Shown: positions 1 to 12,900 of the stretch, piece by piece
Numbering within the stretch: the stretch's first letter is position 1
Layout of the letters: each line of letters opens with the position of its first letter
DNA from: Iphione sp. A-MEVVRFRX5
Taxonomy: Eukaryota
Direction of reading: 5' to 3'
NCBI GenBank assembly: GCA_976226885.1
Contig: OZ320316.1
Coordinates: 72,106,001 to 72,170,000 of the forward strand
DNA length: 64,000 bases
Position numbers and translations under genes: made by a program
The notes under the pieces: model-generated
The model's database searches: none
Told to the model about the DNA's origin: nothing
The model's input: only the letters and a program-made list of their open reading frames with translations

Positions 1-3000
1 AGTTGACATGTCTGGTGTCAAATGAGAATATATTGCGACCGCAGAGAGTGGCTGACATGGGAGGAAGATTCTGTCCTACAATCTATGGACCACCGAGCGT
101 GGCATTTGCAGGCAGTTCAGAAATCAACTGTCCCTGCAGCTTAACGTTGACCATAGCTGTGGTTGTCCAGTTGTCTTTCGATCGGGCATCAATGCGATGG
201 CCGTCCCAACTGGCAATGGCTAGGATAGGGAGCCCTACCCACCTCTCCATGCTTCCATCACGGGCATTTCCCCTCCTGCCAGAGGTAATGACCACGGGCA
301 CTGGTAGGTCGTGACTACAGTCGGCGGTCGCACCTTGACGTATTTTATGGGTCGTTTGTGGCGTTATACACCCACATAGGCTTTCCATAGAGGCCTTTAA
401 ACCACAGTCGGCCAAGTGGGTGTCGGGCGCGAGAAGGGTACGTAGGGTAACGGATGGCTCTTTTTCATTTCCGGTGCGAATCGCCATGCTAAAAACGTTA
501 AGTGCCAGAACACGATTTACATTCTCCCCAAATAACACCAGGACGCACGCGCTTCAAGAATTCAGCATGCATTATTTAACGGGAGCTGCTTTGTTACGCA
601 CTTCGCACGATAATCCGATGCCAACAAGTGGCGATCAAGGTTTTTTTTATCATCATTCGTTTAATATTCAGCCGTGCAACACGCTTGAACGGCACACGCC
701 ACCTTCACGGGCCGCGGGTGTTTCTCTGCGTTTAGATGGTAATTATTGTCCTCTTGTTTGATAAATTTTTTGGTCCATCACGCAAAACGCTCATCAAGGC
801 ATCTTCCCCCTACAGTGAACGCTCCTGACACGTCATGTCATGGGATCACTCATCCACCCGGGATGCCTGCGTGGGAGAAAGGGCGCACATCTGGTCCGCA
901 GAGAACCTGCTCATAGGGTCATGTCCTCATTCTCCGCCAAGGCAAACTAGCTTTCTCAGCCGGCGTTATTTTTACCTGCGGAATGCTTGCCGGCAACTGA
1001 GTGCATGACATGACTAACTGTGCTTATATTAATTCATAATACCCAAAATTCAAATCGTGCGGATCGTGTGAAAAAGTAGGCTTTACATACAGAAACGCTA
1101 TTCTTCTATAGGCAGTTTACTGCAGACGAGTCCTGTTTTCTCTTCTACTAAAACTAATAGGTAAGAAATACCACGTAGAGGATGCTAACAGAGACAAAAT
1201 ATGCAATTCACCTCAAAATACAATTTGCTCGTGTAATTGCTTCCCGGGAAATCGATATGGGGCCTTTGCATGAAATTCCCATCAGAACATATTGCCACTA
1301 TCTATTTCGCCGAAGCGTTTTGGGCCCGCTAACGCAACGCAGATGCATCATTTGAAAAGTCAGCGGGTAAACAAGACTGAGATGAATAGTTATGGACCTC
1401 GGCGTTCAAGTATCTCCTTCACCAGAAGAGGCCTTGCATATCTGCGTGAGTGGTGTGAGATTGAACCTGTCGTTCTGCATCTGCCTGCTACCTCCTGGCA
1501 CTTTCCAGGTGTGGACGCACCCAAGCATTGTACGACGGGCCATTAACGTCAATCGCCAAATATTTCAACCATTATCAAGGCATAAATCGCAGACTGTGGC
1601 AACCATCCAATACAAAGAATTAAAGTCCAGACAGACGACATCTATTGGCAAACGTGCAAATTTACACCTTTGCAACACTCCCTAGAGTTGAATCCACAAA
1701 CTGGTGTTGCATTGCACACTGAGTAAGTTATGACCGCGCGTGAGAACGAAGTTGCAATGCATAGAGTCACATTACGGTCACGTGCCTACCCTGTCAGTGG
1801 CACGGCGAATGGTGATTTATCTTCAGTATCGAGCAGAAACGTCCGCCTGCCGAAACAGGTGAGGAGTTCATGGGCACACATGGGTGGTCATACTACCGTA
1901 GTCGGCGCCTCTGCCCTCCACTACTGCTTAACCCCGGGATCTCAATCGTTACCAACACCGCCAGCAGCGAACCTTGCACGTGCAGTCGCTCTTCAACACC
2001 TCCTCCATCCCATACCACACTACGCCTGTGGCAACATACATCGACCTTGCCAATGAAATGGGCCATCTTGAAGCGCTTGACAGACAGGATTGAGTGTGCC
2101 CTGAAATTTTGACTTCTTGGAATATCTGAATACCCCATAGTTGAAACGTCCTGTTCAGCCGACTATGATGTAATGATAGAGAGGACCACAGAACTTGTTC
2201 CAAAGTAAAGAATTGATCAAACGCAGTTGGTTCTTATGCTGGTTGTCCAGTTTACCTTACTGGTTATATCAAATATTTTCAAAGAGAGAGTTTCAGTCAT
2301 TTATACAAAAATTAAATCACTTTTTAAAAAAATTAGTTGCATCAATTTCGGTCCCTGCCTGAATAGCAATAGTAGTTTCACACATTTCTTTCAATGTATC
2401 TGTCGCGAAGTTGTAGTCGAGAGGTTGACTTTTAATTATCAAATTGTTTAAATTCTGCCTTGGGAGATATGATTTAACTTTTGTGCTACAGGACAGATCG
2501 GGATGCTGCGTGCATGGGAGGATATTAATCAGCCTGGAGGCAGTTTACGACTATTACTTATATGACTTCGTAGAACGAATGATGTGCTTTTAATTCGATG
2601 CATATAGAAATTGGCTATGAACGATGATCTCTAGGTGTTATATCATCAAACGTGCTACACTTCATGTATACCTTAGAGAAAGGCACAAAGCTATACATGA
2701 ATACACTAATCAGTTCAAAACCTTACAGCGTTGACCTGTGACATTACAGAAAGATGCTAACGACGCATTACCAATTCATATGAATTCATTTACCACGCTG
2801 TAGTCATCCCGAAGAAAGGATTTTATGCATGAGGCTTGCATAGACCATCTAGGCACTACCATCACGCTAATAACGGAAGAATATTCTTTGAAGATAGTCG
2901 TTATAGCCATGTATGCAAGGGGGGGGTGTGTATGGGCCCGGCAATGGGACCCTGCGGACCCATTGGGGCCGTCCAGACCGCAATTCCATAAAAAGGAGCA

Positions 3001-3399
3001 GTCCTCGAAAGCCCTTGGATTGCGAGTCGCTGTCTGATCCCGCTTCACCTGCTGATGTTTGCCCATTTGTTCCACATACTTTTCTTGTGAACCTCACATT
3101 GGTCTTACATCTAGTTACTGGGTATTTGGTAGTGACGGAAATATGCGGGGGCCACTACCAAACAACGGATTTTGAGAAGTAGTAATATAGCTTGGTAATG
3201 TACACGTACATAGACAATCTTTGCATTGCATTTTCATTCTGGTAGGCTTTTGAGTATCAGCTTTTCCGTTACATCGACTAAAACAAAATGATACATGCAT
3301 CATTATTCAAACAGTTCTAATAAAATGACAAGGCCGGAGTGCGTTTCGGGGACAAATTTATTACCTGTCTCATTTGTCTTATTACGTATTGAATTGAAT

Positions 3400-4260
3400 C
3401 AGGCTTATTGTCTCAAATCTCTCCTCTTTGGAGTTTTCCCGATATGGGCATCATTATATATCTAGACAGATTTGTATACATTAAGCTGGGATGTACATCA
3501 CGACGAGACATGTTATAATTTTGCATGGAATTCTGTCATGGTAATCTACCATCAGATGTCTGAAAACCTAAGACTATCAATAGTTTTAAGTTTACTCACA
3601 TCTGATGGTAGAATATTCTACCATTTGCTACCTGATTCATAAAAGGACATTCTGATAAGCTCGTTCTTGGATTTATATATTGTAATCATTCTTGTTTTTC
3701 CAGTCCTTGTCATTGTTTTTTGTCTTGGGGGTATTGTGCCACTCATTACAAGATAAGGGACAAGCTGTACAGTAATTGTCTTTATATTTTAGTAAATATT
3801 GTCGATGCTATTTATATATATGTATTGGGTATGTCGTAATAATTCATAAAAGTGATGTCCACGTTACCCGCTACTTCAATGTTCAGCGATGGGTCAAAAT
3901 TTGGGATGTCTGTCTGTATATAAGACTCAACAGGCCGCCACATGATGAATAGTGTTCAAAGTAACTCTTCAATAAATTTCTTGATCCATCCATCTGATGG
4001 TCCATGTATTACCATTATGAGGAATGGCTTATATTTCTTATACATTACCTTGAAGGCAAAAGATTCAAATAGATCAGTATTGAGTGATATTTCATTATGT
4101 ATGAGTGTTTTATTGTCATTTTTAACATAAACCAATATACCTCCAACAGTGGACTTTGTATTTGACACTCTGGCTTGTCTGATTACATGATATCCTGACA
4201 GGGTTAAGGCACTATCCTCATGTATATGGGTTGTCTGAACCCACCCCTGGTGGCATGTAA
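3400..4260 (-). mobile_element. Decayed, internally deleted LINE: APE endonuclease N-terminal fragment joined to the ORF2 C-terminus and 3' end
   Basis: The minus strand at about 4230-3960 reads EDSALTLSGYHVIRQAR..VGGILVYVK..LFESFAF..KPFLIMVI, an APE-type endonuclease N-terminus. About 3750-3560 reads MTRTGKTRMITIYKSKNELIRMSFYESGSKW*NILPSDVSKLKTIDSLR, resembling the ORF2 C-terminus of element A (LTRRSMGETLYLYKPKTKKTKDCFWYQGTSTWNSLKPEL). Stops and frameshifts are present. Confidence 0.7.
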
Positions 4261-5299
4261 AGCAGTAGAAACTCTCACATGTATTTTAATAGGACTGTAT
4301 CCATGCATGTTAGTTGTCCAGACCTGCTCCCAGTGGCGGGGAATCTGATTTGGGATGGTCCGGTCTCCCCAGACTATGCCACCTGTTACGGGCTTGGAGT
4401 TGGTATTTGACATACATCACCTAATTTGCACATCATTTGCATAAAAAATACCAGATTTCCACTGGTATGCCTCACCTTAACAAAAGGATGCCAAATGTGA
4501 ACTAATATGCCTCACTTTCAACACAAAGGTATTAATTTTAAAGAATTAACATATGTTAAGGTGTACATATGTGAGTTTTATTATGTGAAATAGTGTTTAT
4601 AACCCATGTACATGGGGATAGAGGCTTGCAACCTGTGACAGCCAGGTGCAGACAGCACAGAATCCACCCCCCCAACGTGGGTTTTTAACAAACATAAATG
4701 GGGATAGGGCTTTAATGTTACTCAGACAAGTTCAAGTAAAACATGTTATGATATTGGCAGATTCAATGATATCATCATGTATCATTTGTAACCTTTTGTA
4801 AATATTTTTTTGCATTGCAGTGACATGTGCTATGTCATGATTTTACATGTACGAAGCACAATACAGTCTACATCGTTATCAATAAAAGCAAGTACAATGC
4901 AAATAGAGGAGGAATCCCATGTGTGGACAATGCCTGATACTTAATAAGTTGGATAGCTCTAATAGACAAAACAGTAATTAACAGCAATAAGCTTTTCAGT
5001 TTCATCTAACCAGTGGTCTGACGAAGCCCGGCAACACGTCATCTGGACTGATGAGTTCATCTCTGAAAATGACTTTATTTCTTAGTACTTCATTTATCGG
5101 TGAACAAGTGTCTGGAGCGCCAAACCCACTGCGGCTATTCATCTATGAATCTGCAGATTCAGGTCTTGCTGCTAACGGGATGAATACAGCAGCAACTTGA
5201 GAATACGACCACCCTGGGTACTGGGCTGATGTGCCCGCCAATACGGGTTGGTCGCCTTTTTGAAATGGCTTAGTAGTGGTCAAACCTGAAAATATAATC

Positions 5300-5303
<4 letters not shown>

Positions 5304-5366
<63 letters not shown>
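5304..5366. repeat. (TC)n microsatellite
   Basis: Perfect dinucleotide run seen directly. Confidence 0.98.
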
Positions 5367-5370
<4 letters not shown>

Positions 5371-5379
5371 TTTCGGGTT

Positions 5380-5900
5380 AAATGCTTATTAAATTACATT
5401 CCGCATGCCCGCAGGAGGCCCGATATCATAAAACAGACCACGACCAGGAGTGTTTAATAGAGGGTTCGCTGATGTCCCCACCTCCGCACGAGCCTAGACA
5501 TCGACCGTATCAAACAGAAAGTGTTAATAGAGGGTTCGTCGATGTCCCTATGCCTGCATCGTATTTTTCAGGTTTAAATCACTAATCCATTCTAGTATGA
5601 AACAGACCACAAGCTGGAGTGTTAGTGGAGGGTTCGCCGATGTCCCCATACCCACAGGAGCCCAGAAATTGATTCTATCAACGACTGAGACTGTTAGTAG
5701 AGGGTTAGCCGATGTTTCCACACCTGCAGGAGGCCAGATATATTGTATTTCAAGTGTAATTCACTAATCCACACTTGGCAGTGTTCATTTTGTAGAGGGT
5801 TCGTCTATGTCCCCACGCCCGCATAATATCAAACAGACCACGAAAACCTGGCTGGACGCTTGAATATATCGTATTTCCGGTTTAAATGCTTATTCAACTA
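5380..5900. repeat. Degenerate tandem array, about five units of 70-100 bp
   Basis: Core TAGAGGGTTCG(C/T)(C/T)GATGTCCCC recurs near 5458, 5528, 5626, 5698 and 5793; AAACAGACCAC recurs three times. Confidence 0.75.
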
Positions 5901-7469
5901 CATGGTCTGAGAGTGAGTTGCCCATTGACACGCGTTGCCCGCCATTCTGAATATCTATGACATTAGATTATAGAGACAACACGTTTGGGACTAAACAAAA
6001 ACATGTCAATTACAAGTCCATGAATGGGCAGGAATATACATGTAACAGTATGGGAATATGGCTTTAGTGCGGGGTGCTGCTTCACCATTTTTGTATATAA
6101 CACATGGGGTTTCTCTCTCAATGTCTTCCCACTGCTTTGTAGTGCACACCGCGTCACACAAACATCTTGTTTTGGCTATATATGGGTCGCATGTTGGTTT
6201 GATTTGCTCTTCTCTGCGTGAGTCGTTGCATACATTAGCCTTGGTGGCCTGCTGCACATGCTCAGCTGATTTCAATACTGTATATCTCACTGTTAGTTCC
6301 ACCATGATTGGATGCATGGGTGACAGCTGGCGCCGCTGAATGCTGACGTGTCGCTATTTTTTATTGTGTTCGCGTCTTCCAACGTTAATCCATATGGCAG
6401 CTTGTTGATTTGAGTGTGATTGTATGCATTCCCTTCTATACGTATCGATAGCCCCGCTACACCTGCCTTTAATCCCTTTTTTCGTGCGAGGCTAGCTAGA
6501 TCTTGTAGATTTTGGTAGATGAACTTTGCTTCCTGGGGGATTTCTTCCTTTATGTAGACATATGCACACTTTTCAATTTTCCTTAGCTTATATGGTCTGG
6601 AATAGATTTTGTTTTAGAGATTTTAGAGAGTTGAAGCTCTCTCCCTTCACCTAGTCTATTAATTCTATATAAAATATTATATATATATCTCATTCTTTTA
6701 TTATTTAGTGCCAAAAGAGTCCATGATATCATAAAGTGCTTCATATAGATCGTATTTAGGACTATCCAGAAGTCCTTTGGCAACGAAATTCCATCTTCTT
6801 TCATTCTAGCTCATGATATTCATGCATGTTTTTTACTTGGGGTTTTTGTTCTGTCACATTATGCTTGTTGCCTTAAATAACGTATCATTAAAGGCGTTCA
6901 AATGTTTTGAATAAGAGTTTGTATAGATAAAAGTAAGTGCACCTTTAATAATATACAATAAATATAGGGTGTAGTGGGTGGGTAAGCAGCGGGAATGCAA
7001 GAGAGAGGTCTGGACGCTCTTATGGTTCCTTTATACAAGTGATAGATATATAACGAATGTGTGGCTGTATGGGAAATATATCCAGGGGGTATAGTCCAAG
7101 GCAAAGCAGAGGATTATACCCTTTTGGGTATATTTCCTGTACACCAATGCACGAGATTATGTATCTCACTTAAAGGAGGGTGCCGAACCATGTCACCTAA
7201 AAACAAAAAATAGAATAAAGCTAATTAAGACAATTTAATCCATTGACACCTCACATTGCATCAACTAACACCAGGAGCACCAGTATGCTCAGTGCACGCA
7301 TGTTCTCTGAAGGGTCAACATGTATATACATGTACCAAATTTTGAGATTGAGAAAGAATATGAGGTATCACAGACACAGAACTCTCAAACTCAACAAGAT
7401 AAATTTCAAAGTCAACAAGATATATATCAAGAAAGAGGAGATCATTTTCCAGAAGTCCAGAGTAACTCA

Positions 7470-8103
7470 TGATGACCATAGCAGCCCACATACCAAAGAA
7501 TACCCAGCAGTCTTCACAGTGGGCATATGGTATTTTCAAGGAATGGCACACATGGCACAATAGCTATTCTAAATCCATGAAAGACCCCCTATGGCTGGCC
7601 CCTGCACTTGACACATAAAATATCGAATTTTTGGACTATCAAGATTCATCACCGAAATTAGGAAGAAGGATGGCAGCCCATACCCTCCTGGTAAGTGAAA
7701 TTCCAACAGATTTTTAGGGATAAGGCTCCTATTCATACATGAAATTAATATGAATCAAATTGATTTTCAGGGACCTTGACCAATATAGCAGCATCCAATC
7801 AATGGTACATGAGGGACATCATGGGTAGAGCCAATATTTGGCTACTAAAGAAGAATAAGGTTAATTTCAAGTGATTCTGAGACACCCTCGACACCTGTAG
7901 GAAGGTCCTCAGAGGCAGCGGTGTTGGAGTACAGCCCAGTTGTGCAGGCCCTGTCAGTGTCTACAAGGAAGCTCAGTTGTGGAGGAGTGGGGTTATTGGA
8001 TTTGAAACAGCCCAAGCGCTATCATTTGCTGTTTACTTTTATAATTGCAAGGATTTTGGTTTCCATGCCAAAGATGAACATGAACATTTGATGGTGGAGC
8101 AGT
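7470..8103 (+). mobile_element. Crypton-type (DUF3504) tyrosine recombinase relic with an 80-bp intron
   Basis: Reads AAHIPKNTQQSSQWAYGIFKEWH, then GLSRFITEIRKKDGSPYPP|GTLTNIAAS across a GT-AG intron (7691-7770, phase 1, frame preserved), then DTLDTCRKVLRGSGVG..KEAQLWRSGVIG..ALSFAVYFYNCKDFGFHAKDEH. In-frame stops are present. Confidence 0.85.
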
Positions 8104-9874
8104 AGAGCAAAACAATCAGTAGCATGTAACTAGTAGGAGAGTCCTCGCTATAGAGTATATAGAGCGAAGCCTGAACATACGAAGCCCTCAATAGGTGAAT
8201 AAGGTTAAATCAGTGGTGAGGGTTTCACTCCAAACCCTGGGCAGAATGGCCATTTATGAACTTGAAGAGAAACAAAAGGACATAACCCTAAAGACTACAC
8301 AAAAATATTCGGTTATTGAAATTACATCTCTAGGGTTCTTAGAGGGATTTATTGGAATTAGGAAGGCAGGGTACTTGGTGTTAGATTAAAGACTCGGTGA
8401 CAATCTTTCTAAATGTTCGTTAATAGTTCGACGTAATACCCACTCATTTATGCCAGGTTTCCTTACCTGCAGGATTGTGTGCGGGAGCTGTCATGTGCAT
8501 TTGTAAGACTCATGTACTAGGTATAGACACGGGCTGGTGAGGTTAGTAACAGATACATCTACCCCGTGAAGTGCATTGATTCTAGGTTTAATTTGAAAAC
8601 TGCAAATTAGATTGAATCTATATTTGACTTGACCATTATGAACTGATAGGTCTTTTGTTTCATATTATCACCGCCAGAGAAAAGGCAGTCCAGACTTTCT
8701 AGCTCTATCTCTAAAACTAGTGGAGAACCCAGCTAATCTCTCTCAGTGGTCTAATGGACAGCCATCACACTTGCAGTGGCAAGCTTCCGAGTGCACAATG
8801 TTTCTTAAAGCCAATTAGCTCACTATCCTCGGCTACTTCTCTCCAGCATGTCGTTCCACATCAAGGTTTGAACTTGGTGGCAACACCTCAGCACTGCTCA
8901 GAACACCCTCACCTACTGGATGACCAATTAATTAAAGACATGCAGCACATTATCATATTCTCACAAAACTCTCAAAGGAGAAGACTTAGGAGCAGCCAGC
9001 AGCTCTCCCTATCTTTCTGTTCCTTCTCCAGCCAGCCCTTCTACTCCAGAGACAGTAACACCATTCATCAACCATACATCTGCAGTGAAAGGAAGGATCT
9101 CATCATCATCAAGGCATCCACCAAGACTACAAGAAAATTCTAGCGCACAAGCACAGCAGGGTAAAATACAACTCACCACTCCACGCACATCACCAGTAAA
9201 CCCTGATCCACTAAACTAAGTAGGTCCTAACTTTCTGTTAGAAATGCAGGGTTATCGGGGGCACCAGCTTGGGGTAGGAATATGGAGCCTAAATGAGCTT
9301 GAGATACAAGATAATATTGCTGGAATGCCTAAAACCTTCCCTACAGATCGTCACCAGGTTCACATGGTTGAGACCTTTCAAGGCCTTTACACTGTCATAT
9401 AATATTTATACTGCTCCTGGTCAGTTGATAAGGCAATGTATCCAAACCAATAGGCACTTGATAAGAAGTAATGCTGCACCACCAATAAATATAGAAAACG
9501 TATTCCCATTCTCATTAAGTACTATCTGACTTGCTATTAAAATAAAATAGAACCTAGGAGTGCCAGCCCCTAAAGCAGGGCACAGACGTTTTGTTGCGCC
9601 CACTAAGCAAAAGAACATGAAACTGAAGTAGAACAAGCACATGAGGACAAAGATGAAGACACCATAGGAGGGATGATATTCAGCCAAGATCCAGTGACTG
9701 AGCCAGTTTGGGGAAATGTCAATAATACAAGATATGTGTGTTTCTGGAACCCAACAGACCCTGGTTTTGGTCCTAAGGGAACTTTTTAAAAATTTCTTTT
9801 TATAAATATCTTCAGAATGAATAAAGCCAGAGACTTATGCAATGCACCACTTTCGTCTTCGGTGCATTAGCTTT

Positions 9875-9938
9875 TTATATGTTTTATAAAGATTATATAA
9901 AGATTATATAAAGATTTATATAAAGTTTTATAAAGATA
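9875..9938. repeat. Short imperfect tandem repeat (TATAAAGAT..)n
   Basis: About five imperfect 11-12 bp units seen directly. Confidence 0.7.
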
Positions 9939-12900
9939 GCAATCAGAGTGATATTTCCAGGCTATCAAAGATTCCATTTGTTGTTTTGGGGCTCCATTCA
10001 CAGTGAAAAAGAGAGAAAAATAAAAAAATCCCACCTCCCTTAAAACCCTCTATTTATTCAGCACGTTACTAGAAACAGGCCGAACAAATTGCTTTGCAGA
10101 AAACAACATGTGAAGTTATTAAAAATGTACACACTATAATATCCAGATAGCAGTGAAAATGCATGACGTGTAGCTTTGCTCTATCAACCACCATACTTCC
10201 ATCCCCCTTACCGACTCACCATACCCAGCGTGCAATAACAAAATTATGACATACAGCTTCACAATACAAACCACCTTACTACCACCTCCTCTACTCCTCT
10301 ACCATACACAAAGTGCACTAAAACAATTGACACACCATTTCATCATACAGCCCTCCCCTATTTGCCCTCCTTCTCTTCCCACTCACCTTAACCAGAGTGT
10401 AATAACACGATTTGCGACACACAGCTCCACCCTCCATCCTTCTTACTACTAGTTCCCATTACTCACTCACTATACCCACAATCCAGTTTAAAAAAATCAC
10501 AACACATAGCTTTGCCCTATCAACCACCATACTGTCTAGCTTCCCTACGCTCTCACTGTATTCGGACTGCACTCAAAACATTATGACATACAGTTTCACC
10601 TTTCCGATCACCTTAGGACCACCACGTCATTTTACCATGAATCATTGACCAAACCTCAAATAGCCACAACTTTCCTGAAAATGCTCAGATTGTACTGAAA
10701 CAACATTCATTGAACATAGTTGTGGTATGGCTCATTCTTTCTTTAGAGTTTTAGGTTTCATATGAACTTTATCCTAGTAAAATCAGTCTATTCTAGGGGG
10801 AAATGCGAAAAAAAACAGAAACAAAACACCCATAATGCAGAGTAAAAATGGCAGCCCCCATGGAGCCGAAGGTCATATCATAGCCATTGCTTTTTTAAAT
10901 AGGAAGGTAATGGTGTAATGCCAGACAGTATATCTGATCTAAACTTCAAACAACTACACCTTCCTTGATATTGGCTGGATGTTAATGAAACAAACTCCCA
11001 TTATGCAAAGTAAATATGGTCATATTGTAGTTCTTGTCTTTTTATATAAGGTAGGTAAGGGTCGCATTGTAGGCGTATTACGGAGGCCTGCTAAACTTCG
11101 GTCGAGGAACGGTCCTCTTACATTACAGTGCCACTTTAGTTCGCATAAGATTATATTCTGTCTATCGTAAACCATTTGCGGAAATTTGTGTACCAATCCG
11201 CGCATTCGGTATTATTTTAATAATCGCTGTCCGAAACCGGATGACGTTAGTACAATTGTGGAGGAACCTCTTTTGACAATATGGCCTGGAGGATTTATTT
11301 GTAACCGCATTACAATCGATACATGATAACATTGCCGACTGGAGTTTAAGCATACAATCACTATATACCCTAGTAGGTTTAATATACACACCCATACATT
11401 GAACATACATCTCGATAGTCAAACCATATATATTTTTACACACAAAAGAATCTCATTGGATGGGAAGTGACAGGACTTTTTATGCCGCTCATAGCGATGT
11501 AGGGACATTGTTCTTTCCTCATCACCGAGATATACATTAGGACGTAGAGTAACAGCTTTGCCAATGGATGGCCATGTATGAAATCAAGACCTCTCTGCTT
11601 GTTATGCATCGATCATAATGATTTGCCGTATGTAGGTCTACCTGTAATCACTCCTGTACCGTTCCTTAGAAAAATACTTTGCCTGTCACGCAATCGAGCT
11701 GATTCATTATCTTTTTGCCAATAGGAGCAACATGACATTGCTGTGTGCATCTTCTGTACGTCTATATTACGCCCTTAATATTTGATGGATGCTATCACAG
11801 CGAATAGAATTATGTGTTCGTCATTCTTTTAATCGATGTATCACACAATGGAGTTTACTGATCTAACATTTGCCCTAGTTGGGAAAAAGGTCGTCTATGG
11901 AAAGTTCCTCGACGCTATGATGGAAATTAATTGATAACAACATTTCTGACTGACAAATTATGTACACGTACTTTAGGTTATTTCCAGATACATCAACATA
12001 CTAGTTAGAAAAAGGATACTGTGTCAACCAGAGAAATATCAAGTTGCCAGGTCACGGCAGGGCACCGCCTGTAGAGGACTCTCACATCAATCTCAGTGCT
12101 GATGGGAAGAGGGAGTGACCACGTTGAATGAAATGAGTGCAAGGGGTGGGGGCAACGTGTATGCGACACGTGTAAGAAAGGGACACTGAGGGCGCTAAAT
12201 TAACTGCGCTAAAGGTTCTTCAAGCTACACTAACATTATACGGACACCAGCATCCAGACCAACCACAGTGGTATCATTTCCGACTAAGGCCCAGTGTCCT
12301 CGTTTACGGATTTTTTTCCATACTCCGTGCTGTGTGCAGAAAATCAGGTGCTTTTCCAGACCTGCACAGACAGCTTCCATGTATCCAAGTTTGATTCTGA
12401 TTTTCATCCTCATTCTCTCACTCTCTCTCATGTATATATATGCTTTTTGCAGAAATTGAAGAATATCAGTGGAAATCATGTGGCTTTTTGTGGAGGTTGA
12501 AGCATATCGGTGGGAATTGTGCAGTTTTTGTGCACGTGATATGCAAATTACAACATATCCACAAAATCTATCATACAATGGACAGTGTCTATCCAGATTA
12601 AAATGTGCATATTCCTATACTACTGTCCATGGGTGTCTGTGGTCTGGAAAAAAAACAAACATTGTCCGTTTTCTGTCTTGTGACCATGGACCATGGACCA
12701 CAGACACGGATACATGGAAACAATTATGTTGAAAGTCATTGTTTCATTTTTTTCTGCATAACCGCATGTATGGTGCTGAAACAAAATCTGGATGCATGGA
12801 AACCCAGCCTAAGCCTGAAGAGACATACAACTTTGATGTGTTGTGGCATTCACGAAAGTTTCTTTATCATTGTTCATCTTTTTAATGAGTAACATGCTAT

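Noticed and set aside
83-538. 151-aa minus-strand ORF, weakly similar at DNA level to about 16040-16190
   Set aside because: No recognisable domain; more likely two old copies of an unidentified repeat.
5380-5900. CRISPR-like appearance of repeated cores with variable spacers (also 35730-35946)
   Set aside because: Repeats are degenerate, spacers are related to each other, there are no cas genes and the context is eukaryotic.
10160-10620. GCCCTATCAAC resembling 18S rRNA inside a degenerate duplication of about 330 bp
   Set aside because: Only about 11 nt match, with no flanking rRNA similarity.
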